Origin: Hormiphora californensis
Lineage: Eukaryota; Animalia; Ctenophora
Length of the DNA: 64,000 nucleotides
Direction: 5' to 3'
Assembly: GCA_020137815.1 (NCBI GenBank)
Contig: CM035359.1
Span: 3,844,001-3,908,000 of the forward strand
Position 1 is the stretch's first letter; the number at the start of each line of letters is the position of its first letter. The notes below the pieces were generated by a model, which had not been told where the DNA came from, searched no databases, and saw only the letters and a program-made list of their open reading frames with translations. The position numbers were made by a program, and so were the translations under genes. This document shows positions 1 to 11,479 of the stretch, one piece after another.

Positions 1-780
1 CGGTGTTTAAAGTTACACTGTATACTTACAGCTACTTTTAAGCCCGTAGCACCTCACGTTTCACGACTTTTCCTAGCTAGATACTTGCAGTAGACTCAAA
101 ACCATCATTTGTACCAAAAAAGTTCCAAAAATTTTGCTCAATGAGTGAGGTGCACCCAAAAAACTGTATTTTCTTCAAACGCTAATTGCACCTCACTCAG
201 TGAGTATATAGTTCTGAAAGTGGCCTTAATTTGCTCATATGACATCCCCAAACACTACCTAATCGATTCCAAGGTCATTGCTCAACCTGTGAGGTGCACT
301 GGAGAAGTAGGTAAAATATGTCATTTTTTGAGGGTCTGCACCTCACTCGCTGAGTAATTTTTAGAGCAAATTTTCGGTAAATCAGGAGGGAAATTGTCTA
401 ATCTTGCTTTATGCCAAGTTTCAATTCTTTATTTACTCATTTGACCCCTAGTGAGTAAACTTTTAGCTCTAAAATCGGCTTGCACCTCACCAAATGAGTA
501 AATTTTTCCATGGTTTTCACCTCATCTGATGAGTGAGAAATATCCCCACCATTTCTGAAAGTTTGGAGATTTTTGATCAAACGGTATTTCTACAAATCGG
601 GGGCACCTCACGATAGCACCTCACGGCGTAGAAATGCTATAGCACCTCACTGGAGTAAGCTAGAGACTTCGTTCTTTCACTAAATTGAACTTTTAATATT
701 TCTCGATTTTTTGAGGTGCCGAGTAAATTTCCAGTGGCCACAGCTATTTTGCTATGATCATTTGAAAAAATTTGGTAGTT
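1..780. mobile_element. Probable DNA-transposon fragment with dispersed subterminal repeats (GCACCTCA/TGAGGTGC)
   Basis: About ten copies of GCACCTCA or its reverse complement, often next to TGAGTA, in both orientations. No credible ORF. May be cut by the window start. Confidence 0.45.
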
Positions 781-1455
781 GCACAAGTTAAAAAAAAAAA
801 TGACCATATATGTATAACGAATATGTATAACGAATATAATAATCTACTATCTAGCTATAATTATAAAGTTGTATTGTATTACTGGGTTTACTTACCAGTG
901 GTAAATTGAGTGTTGGAGAGGATTTGTGCACTGTTGAACTGAAGTGTTTTGTACGTCCTTGTTTTTCTACAATATATATATTTCTATGAAGTATAATCTG
1001 CGTGTCCAGTCTCTGGAGCTTTTGTTCTGGTCTCAAGAGTCTCAAAAACACATTTTCCTATGAACACAATCATTTTTTAACAATATCCCGTGGTGTATAA
1101 TTGTACATATATGCATCCTTCAAAACATCAATTAACAAAATTTCCCTTTCCTAATTCGTCCCTATTGTAATCTCTATAGCACATGTATCATAGTGGAGAA
1201 TATCAGATAAACAAAGCAGTGAGATAACACCAGATACTATGGGCAATTTATCTCAACCCTCAGGGGGCTAAGTTTCACCGTTTTAACGAGACAGAGGGTT
1301 ACTATTGAAGGTAACAGTGGCGTGCTCACCATTTTCACTTTAGTGTGCGGGTTGTTGGCTTTGTCACCCTTATTTATTAAAGTCTGTAATTTTTTCACCA
1401 GTTTTTTGATATTTACCAACCTAGAATCTCCAATGACCTCCCTTTCATTTATCAG

Positions 1456-3110
1456 GCGCCTTCCTGTTCGCATACATCGTGATGGTACTGGTAGAGGGAC
1501 TACCTCTCTTCTGTTTAGAACTGGCCATTGGAAACCACTTTAATAAGAGCGTAACTGGCTCTATGAAGGTACATATCTATATCTTTTACCCCCGATACTG
1601 GTCCCTGATTGGCTGATAACCAGTCACGTGACCTTAATAACGAGTTCTGATTGGTTGTTTACTTGTTTCGGTCGGTGCCTGACTCTAATCCTCCCCTTCT
1701 CGCAGCACATCCACAAGGCGTTGGTTGGTGTGGACTGTGGGGTGGTGTACTATGGCAGTGTGCTTCTTATGTATGCTCTACTACAACTATATAATAATGT
1801 GGATCATAAGGTATGTGCCATGAAATACTGGACCCTGATTGGCTGATAACCAGTCACGTGACCTAAATAACAAGTTCCGATTGGTTGTTTATTAAATCCG
1901 ATATTCTCCTGACAGATACTTATTTGAGTCATTTGTTGATCCATTACCCTGGGCTGCACCCTGTACAACAAACCATACCTGCTGTGAAACAGACAAGACA
2001 CAGTTTTACTGGTGAGAGATTAGGAAATATTGGTCCCTGATTGGGTGACAAAAAATCACGTGACCTAAATAAAGATTCGTGATTTGCTGTTTACTTGTGT
2101 GGGTCAGTCTAGTTCATCTCACTAACCCAGCTCTGTTTTGTAGGTACTATGGACATCTCGGAATAACCGAAAACATATCGGAAATAGGGACTTTTAACCC
2201 GACCCTTGTTATATATGTCTCGTTATTGCTTGGGTTACCATCTTCGTGTGCATTGCCCGGGGTATCGCAACTACTGGAAAAGTAAGTCAGTTCTAGCTGG
2301 TCTCTGATTGGCTGATGACCAGTCAGGTGACCTAAATAACGAGTTCTGATTGGTTGTTTACTTCTATCTCTCTATTCAGGTTGTATTATTTCTCGGCAAC
2401 TGCACCCTACGTTGTTCTGATTATTCTGTTGTTTCGGGGAGTTACCCTGGAGGGAGCCAATGACGGTATTGTCTACTTTCTTACACCTGAGGTAATTATT
2501 GTGTTACCATGGTGCAGGTGTTAACATTGTGTTACCATTGTGTTACCATTGTGTTACCATTGTGTTACCATTGTGTTACCATTGTGATACCATTGTGATT
2601 ATCACAATGTGATACCATGGTGTTACCATTTTGATACCATGGTGTAACACTAACTACCACTTCCCACTCCCTCCAGCCCAAACAAGTGCTAGATGTTCGT
2701 GTCTGGTCCAAGGTTACCATGGTTACTATTATCACTTCCAATCCCATTTCAGCCCAACAACTGCTAGATGTCCGTGTCTGGTCTGCGGCAGCCTCTCAGA
2801 TCTTCTACTCACTGGGTATCGGGTTTGGAGCTAGATCGTGTCTTTCACCAAGAACTGTGATAACATCATTCGAGACAGGTTAGCTAAAGGAGCTGCCGGA
2901 TTCAGGAAATACTTGTCCCTGATTGGTTGATAACCAGTCACGTGACCTAAATACAGATTTCTGATTGGTTGTCAGTTTCTGAAATTAAAACAAGTTCCTC
3001 CCAGTATCATTATCACGGTGGTCAACTGCTCCACGACTATTCTGGGAGGACTTGTGATTTTCAGTATTATCGGGTACAGACAGGCAATGACACATGTAGA
3101 AATCAGCAAG
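1456..3110 (+). CDS. SLC6/SNF sodium-dependent neurotransmitter or amino-acid transporter, partial multi-exon gene with frameshifts
   Basis: GT-AG exons at about 1456-1568 ([26 protein letters not shown]), 1706-1810 ([22 protein letters not shown]), 1915-2011 ([12 protein letters not shown]), 2144-2281 ([21 protein letters not shown]), 2380-2491 ([27 protein letters not shown]), 2753-2878 ([18 protein letters not shown]) and 3005-3110 ([22 protein letters not shown]). These are hallmark SLC6 motifs. Frameshifts at about 1735, 2213 and 2386. First and last TM exons not found. Confidence 0.85.
1596..2972. repeat. Five intronic copies of the ~105-bp CCAAT/GTCACGTGAC interspersed repeat
   Basis: Variants of ATACTGGTCCCTGATTGGCTGATAACCAGTCACGTGACCTAAATAACGAGTTCTGATTGGTTGTTTAC at about 1596, 1823, 2025, 2298 and 2903, in five of the six SLC6 introns. 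Confidence 0.85.
2500..2642. repeat. 11-bp minisatellite (TTGTGTTACCA)n in an SLC6 intron
   Basis: Directly visible tandem units. Confidence 0.85.
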
Positions 3111-3639
3111 GTACGTACGTTGTACGTCATGTTTTTGCCTAGATCGACCCAATAAAGCTCGTGGTTTGAACAAAACAATCTATAGTTTATTGTTTTCTGG
3201 GGAACTCATAGATTTGCAGTTCTTTAACTCTTGCATCCCCATTACTCTCCAGTCTCCCCAATTATGATTTAACGGACAAAACCCTTTTCCCCAAGGGTGC
3301 CGTTAAATCGTGGTCCGACTGTATATGTATATATTATATATCATATTATGTGCTTCTTTACCACATTTCTAACAAACACACAGCAACCAATTAAACAAGA
3401 ACTACATCCAAATAAAAAACTTTTATTCCATTAGGGGAAGAGAGGTTCGAACATGGCAAGTACAATTTTCAGTAAGTGGAAGTTTTCCTACACTCGGTAA
3501 GTGCATACGACAATTGGTTCGTATAACGTTGTCAGATTGCGCGACCCTCTTTTGTAAACGCTGAGCCGGCTTGCGTGAGCGAGGGTTACGAAAGTAACAA
3601 GTATAACGTTGGTTTCAAATCGTTATTGGGTGCAGCAGT

Positions 3640-3919
3640 CGCCCAGCGTATTTTGGGACGCCGCTCCTCATGGTACGGGAGCGCGCACAGTATTTGAGAT
3701 GTTGAGAGTACAACGTTTCAGCACCACGGATGCGCGCGCATTTGGACCACATTTGTTCAATATATTCCACGGTATATTGCTCAATTTGGCCAATATATTG
3801 GGCACAATACGGACCTGTATTGATCAATAAATCGCCCAATCCACAATGTAATTTTGCACGATATAGCCCCGTTAATTGAGCTAATATTGACCTATATGGA
3901 CCATCTATTTCTGGCAGGG
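3640..3919 (-). mobile_element. DNA-transposon end (EnSpm/CMC-like CCCTGCCAGAAA terminus with ATATTG/CAATAT internal repeats)
   Basis: The minus strand switches abruptly from TRP coding sequence to CCCTGCCAGAAATAG, followed by repeated CAATAT/ATATTG motifs. The superfamily and the left boundary are inferred. Confidence 0.4.
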
Positions 3920-6690
3920 TATTTTCGCTTGTTTCTCTGACTCAGTCCTGATTTTCTGAACATCATCTATCGCCAGTCCAGTTACTAAGTTAAACAAAAT
4001 AAGATTAACTAGTAGGCCAAAGATGAAAAATGTAACAAGTGCCATTTCAACGCTTCTCTCTTCTTCGTTTATGTCAATAACATCATACTCCAGACTACTA
4101 AAAAATCTTGTCCACACCCAATAATATGGCTTTCCATTGCTTGTAAAGTTCACTATATCATCATTAATCGCGAATGAGAAAACTATTGTAAACGAAATGA
4201 GGAAAAACAGCATTTGTGGAATAATCTGAAACATCGTTTTTAAAATTTGAAGGACCATAATAAAATAAACTCCGATGTGTGAAACATATTGCAATAAAAG
4301 AAACATATTCCAAAAACCAGAAGTGACGGCTATGAAAGCATATACCTTTTTACACCAAAGATATTCACCGCTACTCACATAGACAACTGTACTGATACAA
4401 AGGGTAAGCTCAGTGATGTTATCTATGTTCCAGATGTAGGCTCTAAACCTTTGGATTAATTCTTTGTAAGAAATTCCTTTCTTGGGGATTGGTCCATCAG
4501 TCATGGAAAATACAAAGTCTAAGATCTCCCCAACCAACCTTAACACCGACATAACCAAAAGAATAACTTCGAGAGCCGTAATTTTGGCCTCTGCCAAGTA
4601 TTCAATATGATCCGTTTCATTTTTCGCTATCAATTCTTCTATGCTGTCCGGAATTTTTGCTGTTGGATATGCTGCGACAATCAGCATCACCAAAAAGGAA
4701 AGAAGCATCAGTAGAGACAACCAAAACCAGATGTGTCCAAATTGCCTCCATTTTATTTTGATAAGTTGCTGCACCACGGGATGAGAGAGAAGTTTGCCAT
4801 TTGATCCTTCTTGCGAAGACTCCTCTGCAATGAAATCTAAAAACGTTGCATTTTTCTGTATTTTCATTTTACCGCCATCGATCCGTGCACCCCAAAACCA
4901 AAAGCAAAAGTCGTGATTTCCTTTTTCTAAAAATAAATCTTCGATTTTGCGAGGTTCAGAGAAAGTTTCTAGTAATTGAAAATCCAGTTTTATTTCATGC
5001 TCAGAATTCGGAATAAATGAAGTTGAACCAGTTTGAGTTATTGAAGCGTCCAAAACCATCCCTACAGTCTCAGGCAGGTGCTTCACAGCAAGATCCAGTG
5101 ACACGAGTTGCAAAGCTTCTTTCCAAAACTCCACTTCTGTATCATGACGTTTTTCTTGACTTGAATGAGAAAGGAAAAATTGATTTCCTTTCACATCCTC
5201 CTCCTCCTGAAACGTTCTATACAATTCGACCAGCCATTTATCCACTGCGTCTCCTGAACCAATATCAATACAGTGATCCAGATACAGTTTATGATTTTGA
5301 CGGTTCGATAATTTTGACGGTAATTCGATTATAGTTTCTATTGAACGGCGCCAACATTTTATTTTAATATCCAGCAGATATGTTATGTCCTTTTTCATTA
5401 ATCCGTTTAGTAGATCCCTCGCTGTTGTACAATCGTTCATGATAGCAAGGTCTAGCGGTGTAAATCCTTGGTAGTCTTTTGCCAGGACCACATCTTGCAG
5501 CAAAGTAAACTTTTCATTTTCAGAAATTTTTCTATTATTTACGTCTGAGCGCTCCGCAACTTGCAATATCAGCTCTACCAGTTCATTGTAAAGCTCAGAC
5601 ATGCACGCCAAGTGAAGTGGCGTGTTTTCAGTAAGGTTTTCCCTTGCCAACAGCAGAACACGTAATATTGTATGTAAATTTCTGTCTTCTGCTTCTTTGA
5701 TAACTGCATACATTATCAACTGCCTCAGCATGCCTTGCAGCTTTGTCAGGTTCTCAACAGGTGTCTCTTCAGTAGCATAACCATAAAGTACGTCCTTTAA
5801 TATAACCTTTAATGTATCGCTATTCTTAATTTCAATTACCGTACCTTGTATCAATGCCATCATTCCCGTACGATCGTTCTGCAGCAAATCAAATATCAAT
5901 CTTTCCTGTCCTTCCTCAAAAATTTTAGTCAAGATCGTTTCACAACTGCACCATTTGTACTGCCATAACCCAATGGTGACAACAACGTGCAACGGTGTGA
6001 AGCCCCCTCCATCTTTTTTCAGGAGGATGTCCCGTAGTAATCGATTCGATCGATTTGCCGTATCCAGTAGTAGCTTCAGCAGTTTTTTCCCCTTTGTCGA
6101 ATGACCACTTTTTACAGCACAGTGTAACGCCGTGTCTGGATACTTGTTCTCTGCCAAGAGCATCTCCCTGAGCAAATATTTTGAATCCTCCGTTGCAGCA
6201 TCCAGTAGCACCTTCACGGCTGTATAATTATTATTATAACAAGCACGGATCAGTGGTGTACAGTTAAAACCATTTCTTGCCAGTAGAACTTTTTCCGTAA
6301 GTCCCTTAGATTTGGCGACTTGTAAAAGCCGACCGAGTTTCTCGTCTTCACCACAATCAACCAGTCTATGTGCCTCAGTGATGCCATTTTCAGTAAACCG
6401 CTCTCCAGTCCATTCCGAGTACTCTCCCCCCTGAAATTACATCATTTTAGTGTTTCCACGGGAAAAAAGTGGAATATAATATAACTAGATCACTATAAAA
6501 TCATCAATTCGAAGGGCCATATTATAGTGATTTACACCCTATTTATATAATCAATTATCAATTATCAGGCGGCCCTGATGATTGGTTTCCCGTCAGGGAT
6601 TCCATGAAACGTGTTTTGCGTCCTAAATACAGCTGTATTATTTCGTTGTAATCAATTATCAATACTAACCTGAGTACTAGTTTCAGCCAT
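3905..6690 (-). CDS. TRPA-like ankyrin-repeat cation channel, about 848 aa in two exons (6690-6670 and 6430-3905), C-terminally truncated
   Basis: Ankyrin motifs (TPLIRAC, TALHCAV, TPLHVVV, TPLHLAC, TPLDLAI), pre-S1 LLSHPVVQQLIKIKW, six hydrophobic segments and the S6 end FNLVTGLAIDDVQKI (TRPA1 has NLLIGLAVGDI). The frame stays open upstream of the listed ORF to a TTTCAG acceptor at 6431 and joins in phase 0 to a mini-exon MAETSTQ with a GTTAGT donor. Confidence 0.85.
6563..6648 (+). ncRNA. Hammerhead-ribozyme-like core in a small insertion flanked by a 15-bp direct repeat
   Basis: CTGATGA (6575-6581), hairpin II, GAAA (6606-6609), hairpin III, GTC (6620-6622). Flanked by TAATCAATTATCAAT at 6548-6562 and 6649-6663. 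Canonical stem I pairing is missing. Confidence 0.4.
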
Positions 6691-7338
6691 ATTATTAGTT
6701 GAAATTTCACCAATAGGCAATTCTGTCGTTAAACTAGTGCATAATTGCTATTAAGAAATGTATATTGAATTAGTTACAGTGAAGTAGACTTGATGGCAGG
6801 GATAGAACTAGCAACGAAGAGTACTAAAAATCAATACCGTATCATTTGAATAAAAATCTCAAAGAGGGCACTTGAATAACGCAAAAACCTGAAGAGAACA
6901 ATGCGTGAACGACAAACTCAACGAGCTAAAAAACAAAATTCTAAAGAGAAAGAAAGATACTGGCCTGAAAAGATCAAGATGGGAAATAAATAAAACAAAC
7001 AAAGCCGAGTATTGATACAACAAGTTCAATCAATACAAATCATGATATGATTACGTTTACCTGATCTAAGCTCAATATACTGCTGCCCTAGCCCTAGTTA
7101 GATGAAGCTTACACCATGGTTGTCGATACTAAATTTAGAGCGACATAGTGGGAAGCGAAAGAAAGAGAAAGGTGGTACCAAAAATAGAGGCTGTCGATAT
7201 AAAGTAAGCAAGTCACGGTGCCATTGTCAGCTCCATTAACGTATTTAGTTTGTAGACACACTGTTGAGGTCAATTAAGCACTCCTCACATGCACATGTAG
7301 GTCAAAGGTATAATAGAGGGGAGGGGGCAAGTCTATTA

Positions 7339-7407
7339 GACCATCGACCAAAATCAGGGTACCATTCTAGACTTAGTCTAATGGTACCCTGATTTTGGTC
7401 GATGGTC
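7339..7407. repeat. Perfect 28-bp-arm inverted repeat
   Basis: GACCATCGACCAAAATCAGGGTACCATT ... AATGGTACCCTGATTTTGGTCGATGGTC with a 13-nt spacer. Confidence 0.9.
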
Positions 7408-7513
7408 CTTTCAGAATTCATCTCGACACTTTTCCATCGAATTTTCATCCTTCCAGACGCCTATTGGCTGTATTTCTTCATTTCCTGCACCTTTTTTTAC
7501 CATACTCTACCGA

Positions 7514-7817
7514 CCATGTTAACCATGGTCACTATATTGCAGGTGTATACTCCTGATTCTTGGTAACCATGGTAACCTTGGTCACTATTATATTGCAGGT
7601 GTACCCCTGATTCATGGTAACCATGGTAACCATGGTAACTATATTGTAGGTGTACCCCTGATTCATGGTAACCATGGTAACCATGGTAACTATATTGTAG
7701 GTGTACCCCTGATTCATGGTAACCATGGTAACCATGGTCACTATATTGCAGGTGTACTCCTGATTCATGGTAACCATGGTAACCATGGTCACTATATTGC
7801 AGGTGTACCCCTGATTC
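7514..7817 (+). repeat. ~51-bp minisatellite containing the splice acceptor and first codons of the SRCR exon
   Basis: About six units of CCATGGTAACCATGGTCACTATATTGCAG|GTGTACCCCTGATTCATGGTAA. A shorter copy of the array is at 11130-11255. Confidence 0.9.
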
Positions 7818-8042
7818 AGTGGATAAACGAGTGGGGAGTCATATGTGCTGATGACTGGGACGCCGCGGACGCCACAGTCTACTGTAACAGGCTAACTGGC
7901 TACAAGTTCGGCGGGATAGACATCCCAAATTTGAGTATTGATATTGATGATAAGGCAGATGTATGGTTGACGGAGGTGGGGTGTACCGGTACTGATAATT
8001 CTGTGTACAATTGTAGCCATTCTGGATGGGATGTTGATGGAG
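7803..8042 (+). CDS. SRCR (scavenger receptor cysteine-rich) domain exon, copy 1
   Basis: 240-nt AG/GT exon encoding GVPLIQWINEWGVICADDWDAADATVYCNRL...VWLTEVGCTGTDNSVYNCSHSGW, matching the SRCR pattern WGxxCxDxW...A.V.C...WL..V.C.G....C.H.GW. Confidence 0.85.
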
Positions 8043-8202
8043 GTATGTATTGTTATTTAGTGTTCTTTAGTGTTCTTAAGTGTTATTTATAGTGACGTCA
8101 TATAATAGACTTTACATTCCATCCTATAGAAATTGAACAATTATTATAATACCTTGTTTCATAATACCTTTCTTCCGTGCGTTCTCTCTGATACTATCAA
8201 TA

Positions 8203-8947
8203 GGGTAAACCGGGGCAAAATGGTTAACTTTTTACTTAATCGGTTCTCACTCACATTTAAAAAAAGATACAATGAAAAAAATTATATAGGATTAAAGTTC
8301 ATTATTTTATCTTTCAAATAAGATAAATTTCAACTCTAGGGACCATCATTTACTTAATTAAATAACTAATTTAAAAATTTTGGTCGGAAAAAATGGTACC
8401 GGGGCAATTTGGACAACACCAATAGGAGTGGTTTATTTCGTCACGTGAACGTCCTCACAACACCAGAAGAAGATTCCCGCCTGGTGTTGTTAGAGGTGGG
8501 GGCAATTCGAACAATGTAATCTACACGCAATCTACACGCTGGTCGTTCTTGCTCGAATTGCCCCGGTATCACGCGTGATCACGTGGTACAAAGAATTGCA
8601 CATCATTGGACCGGATGTTAACCAAATTGCCCCTGTTCGAATTGCCCCGGTTGTTCTAATTGCCCCGGTAATCTTAATTTCCAGAATTTGGAATGAAAAC
8701 ATGCGAATATTTAAATAATTTTTATACCATCTGAAAGCTGATAATATTAGCTTTCAGCTGGTTTTTTCAAATCGGAAATTGACCAACTTAAACCGGATCT
8801 AGAGCCTATTTAGTGGTAACGGGCAGGCTCGAACGAGCAGTTTTCTTCTGGAGATAGGATGACGTCATTATGATAGCTTAACTAGGTGAGAGACGGGCAG
8901 TACATTGTTCGAATTGCCCCGGTTGTTCGAATTGCCCCGGTTTACCC
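8203..8947. mobile_element. TA-flanked MITE (pogo/Tc1-mariner-like) with GGGTAAACCGGGGCAA TIRs
   Basis: TA|GGGTAAACCGGGGCAA ... TTGCCCCGGTTTACCC|TA, with internal repeats of AATTGCCCCGG. Confidence 0.8.
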
Positions 8948-8995
8948 TACTAACTGCAATATACGTAATGTTTTCATCTAACTCAATGTAATAGA

Positions 8996-9085
8996 CAGGA
9001 ACCGACCGAATCAGGAAATACTGGTCCCTGATTGGCTGATAACCAGTCATGTGACCTGAATAACGAGTTCTGATTGGTTGTTTAC
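8996..9085. repeat. CCAAT/GTCACGTGAC repeat copy
   Basis: Begins CAGGAACCGACCGAATCAGGAAATACTGGTCCCTGATTGG. Confidence 0.85.
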
Positions 9086-9314
9086 TCAATCTAACTTCAG
9101 GTGCACAATAGCCCGGTTGGCTCCTATTGACGGAGTGTCAATATAGACGGAGCGCGTACACCTCAAAATACTATAAAAATTCACACACAGACAGTTCTCG
9201 CACACTACGGACAAACAGACTAATATAGTATACTTTTAATAGCTAAATAAAAATAGAAATAGCTATAAGGCTATTCACATTAGACTAGTTGGTTAATTTT
9301 AATTCACTCATTAA

Positions 9315-9763
9315 AGGTTGACAAGATACCTAAAACCCTTCGCACATCTTCCCATTCCGATCCATCATCAATCCCCAGCACCCCCTCAGAACTTCTTGTC
9401 GGCCAGAAAAAAATCGAAATAGGGGGTCTACCGATATTGTCAGCACTGGTTTTACTGGGCACACTCACTGCGTCTCGCAAATTGAAATTCACGTTTCCGG
9501 TTCCTCAAAAGATAAAGACTTGATCTTGGTTGCGTTGGATTGATCTCAATAAGACCTTTCCAACGCCACCAAAACGGTTTCTGTATCTCATCAGGAACCG
9601 GAGATATTACGGTATCAATTTTAAAAAAGGCACACTCATTTGTCAGTAGACCCCCTATTCTGCACATATTTCTAGCCGACAAAAAATTCCGAAAAAATGC
9701 TGAAAATCAATGACAAATCAAAATAAGACGATACACGAAAAGTTTCAGGTATCTTGTCAACCT
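9315..9763. mobile_element. TTAA-flanked MITE (Kolobok-like)
   Basis: TTAA|AGGTTGACAAGATACCT ... AGGTATCTTGTCAACCT|TTAA, with a second internal inverted repeat (AATAGGGGGTCTAC / GTAGACCCCTATT). Confidence 0.75.
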
Positions 9764-9959
9764 TTAATGATAAAAATAATTACTTACCCTTGCCCATTTT
9801 TCCTAGTCCCCCACCCCTCCCCCATGATCCCCATCCAAAATTTAGTATACCGTCGGCTGTTGGTAGAGATTTATATCAGATAGAATTCATATCTGTGGTG
9901 GGGGCGCCCGTCCTGTTTCAAACTGTTCAACACCACTCCAAACCTCATATTTGAGTACA

Positions 9960-11105
9960 ATGTAAAGAATGAGCTATGTGTGGAGGTGGGAGAGATACCG
10001 CAGAAATAAAGGAAGAGAAAGGGACCCCCACCACAGAGGCGAATTAAGCTGTGTCATGTAAGGCGTTCCAGAGATGGTCTTTCAGTTTGGAGGAAAATGA
10101 ATTGTGTTCGGTTGTATTTCTCAGTTCTTGAGGCAGTAAATTCCACTCAAGGTGGCAGCGGTAGAAGTAACAGTTTTTGAACAGGTCCACTCTGGGTTGT
10201 TCAATGCATATAATGTTCGTTCTGTCTCGTTTCGTTTGTTGTCTGGTGGTGCGTCTGAAATGTGATTCCGGATCGTATTTTTGTAGGAAAGATGGAAATT
10301 TTATAGGAGATGTTTCATAGAATATTTTATGGAACAACTTAAGATCATTATATTGAAATTTTTGATTCATTGGGAGTACGTCAATCTCCCTGAGTTTCTT
10401 TACATACGTTTCTAAATTATAACTAGTGTCTGTTTCACCTAATATCCATTTTGTGGCACGTTTCTGCAAACTTTCAAACTTAAGCAGACTTGAATCACTT
10501 ACTGGTCGCCATATTTGGCTACAGTGTTCGAACAGGGATCTAACTAGACTAATGTAGAGGTTCTTTTTCTTTAGGGGGCATTTAACTAATACTCCTACAC
10601 GCTTCACCAGTCCTAATCTTTGAGAAGCTTTGGAAACAACAGTTTTCTGGTGTTCTATTGGCGATAATTTGTGGTTAGTTGAGACTCCTAGATCAATTTC
10701 TTTTTCACATGATTTAATTTCATTTCTGTCTAAGCGATAATTTAATTGATGTCGATTAATGTTTTGAGTACATCTAAGCAGCTTACACTTGTTGGGATGG
10801 AATATCATTTTATTATCGTTAGCCCACTGCACTAAACTATCGATGTCGGGCTGCAAACTATCTTCTTCACTATTTATAACACGCCATATTTTAAGATCAT
10901 CTGCATATAGCCTAATTTTAGTTAGATCATCATCTCTTACAACATTAACTATATCATTTATAAATAACACAAACAAGAAAGGCCCTAGTATTGAGCCTTG
11001 TGGAACTCCACTCCTGACCTCTACCCATTCTGAGAAATCCCCATCTAGCACAACCCTTTGTTGCCTACCGGATAAATAATTTATTAGGAAACGCAACATC
11101 TTACC
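9960..11105 (-). mobile_element. 5'-truncated non-LTR retrotransposon (CR1-group), RT C-terminal half
   Basis: ORF 11099-10044 with SGVPQGSILGPFLF, LYADD, DLGV, LVRSLFEHCSQIW and WNLLP motifs. No endonuclease part. The 3' boundary is approximate. Confidence 0.9.
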
Positions 11106-11239
11106 TTCTAAATTGAACTCATTTTTTAATTGCAGGTGTATACTCCTGATTCATGGTAACCATGGTAACCATGGTCATCATATTTCAGGTGAACCCCTGA
11201 TTCATGGTAACCATGGTAACCATGGTCACTATATTGCAG

Positions 11240-11479
11240 GTGTACCCCTGATTCAGTGGATAAACGAGTGGGGAGTCATATGTGCTGATGACTGGGACGC
11301 CGCGGACGCCACAGTCTACTGTAACAGGCTAACTGGCTACAAGTTCGGCGGGATAGACATCCCAAATTTGAGTATTGATATTGATGATAAGGCAGATGTA
11401 TGGTTGACGGAGGTGGGGTGTACTGGTACTGATAATTCTGTGTACAATTGTAGCCATTCTGGGTGGGATGTTGATGGAG
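11240..11479 (+). CDS. SRCR domain exon, copy 2 (near-identical to 7803-8042)
   Basis: Same 240-nt exon; only two synonymous differences seen (ACC/ACT, GGA/GGG). Confidence 0.85.

Noticed and set aside
3430-3460. tRNA gene suggested by a GGTTCGAAC B-box-like motif
   Set aside because: No cloverleaf stems or properly spaced A-box around it.
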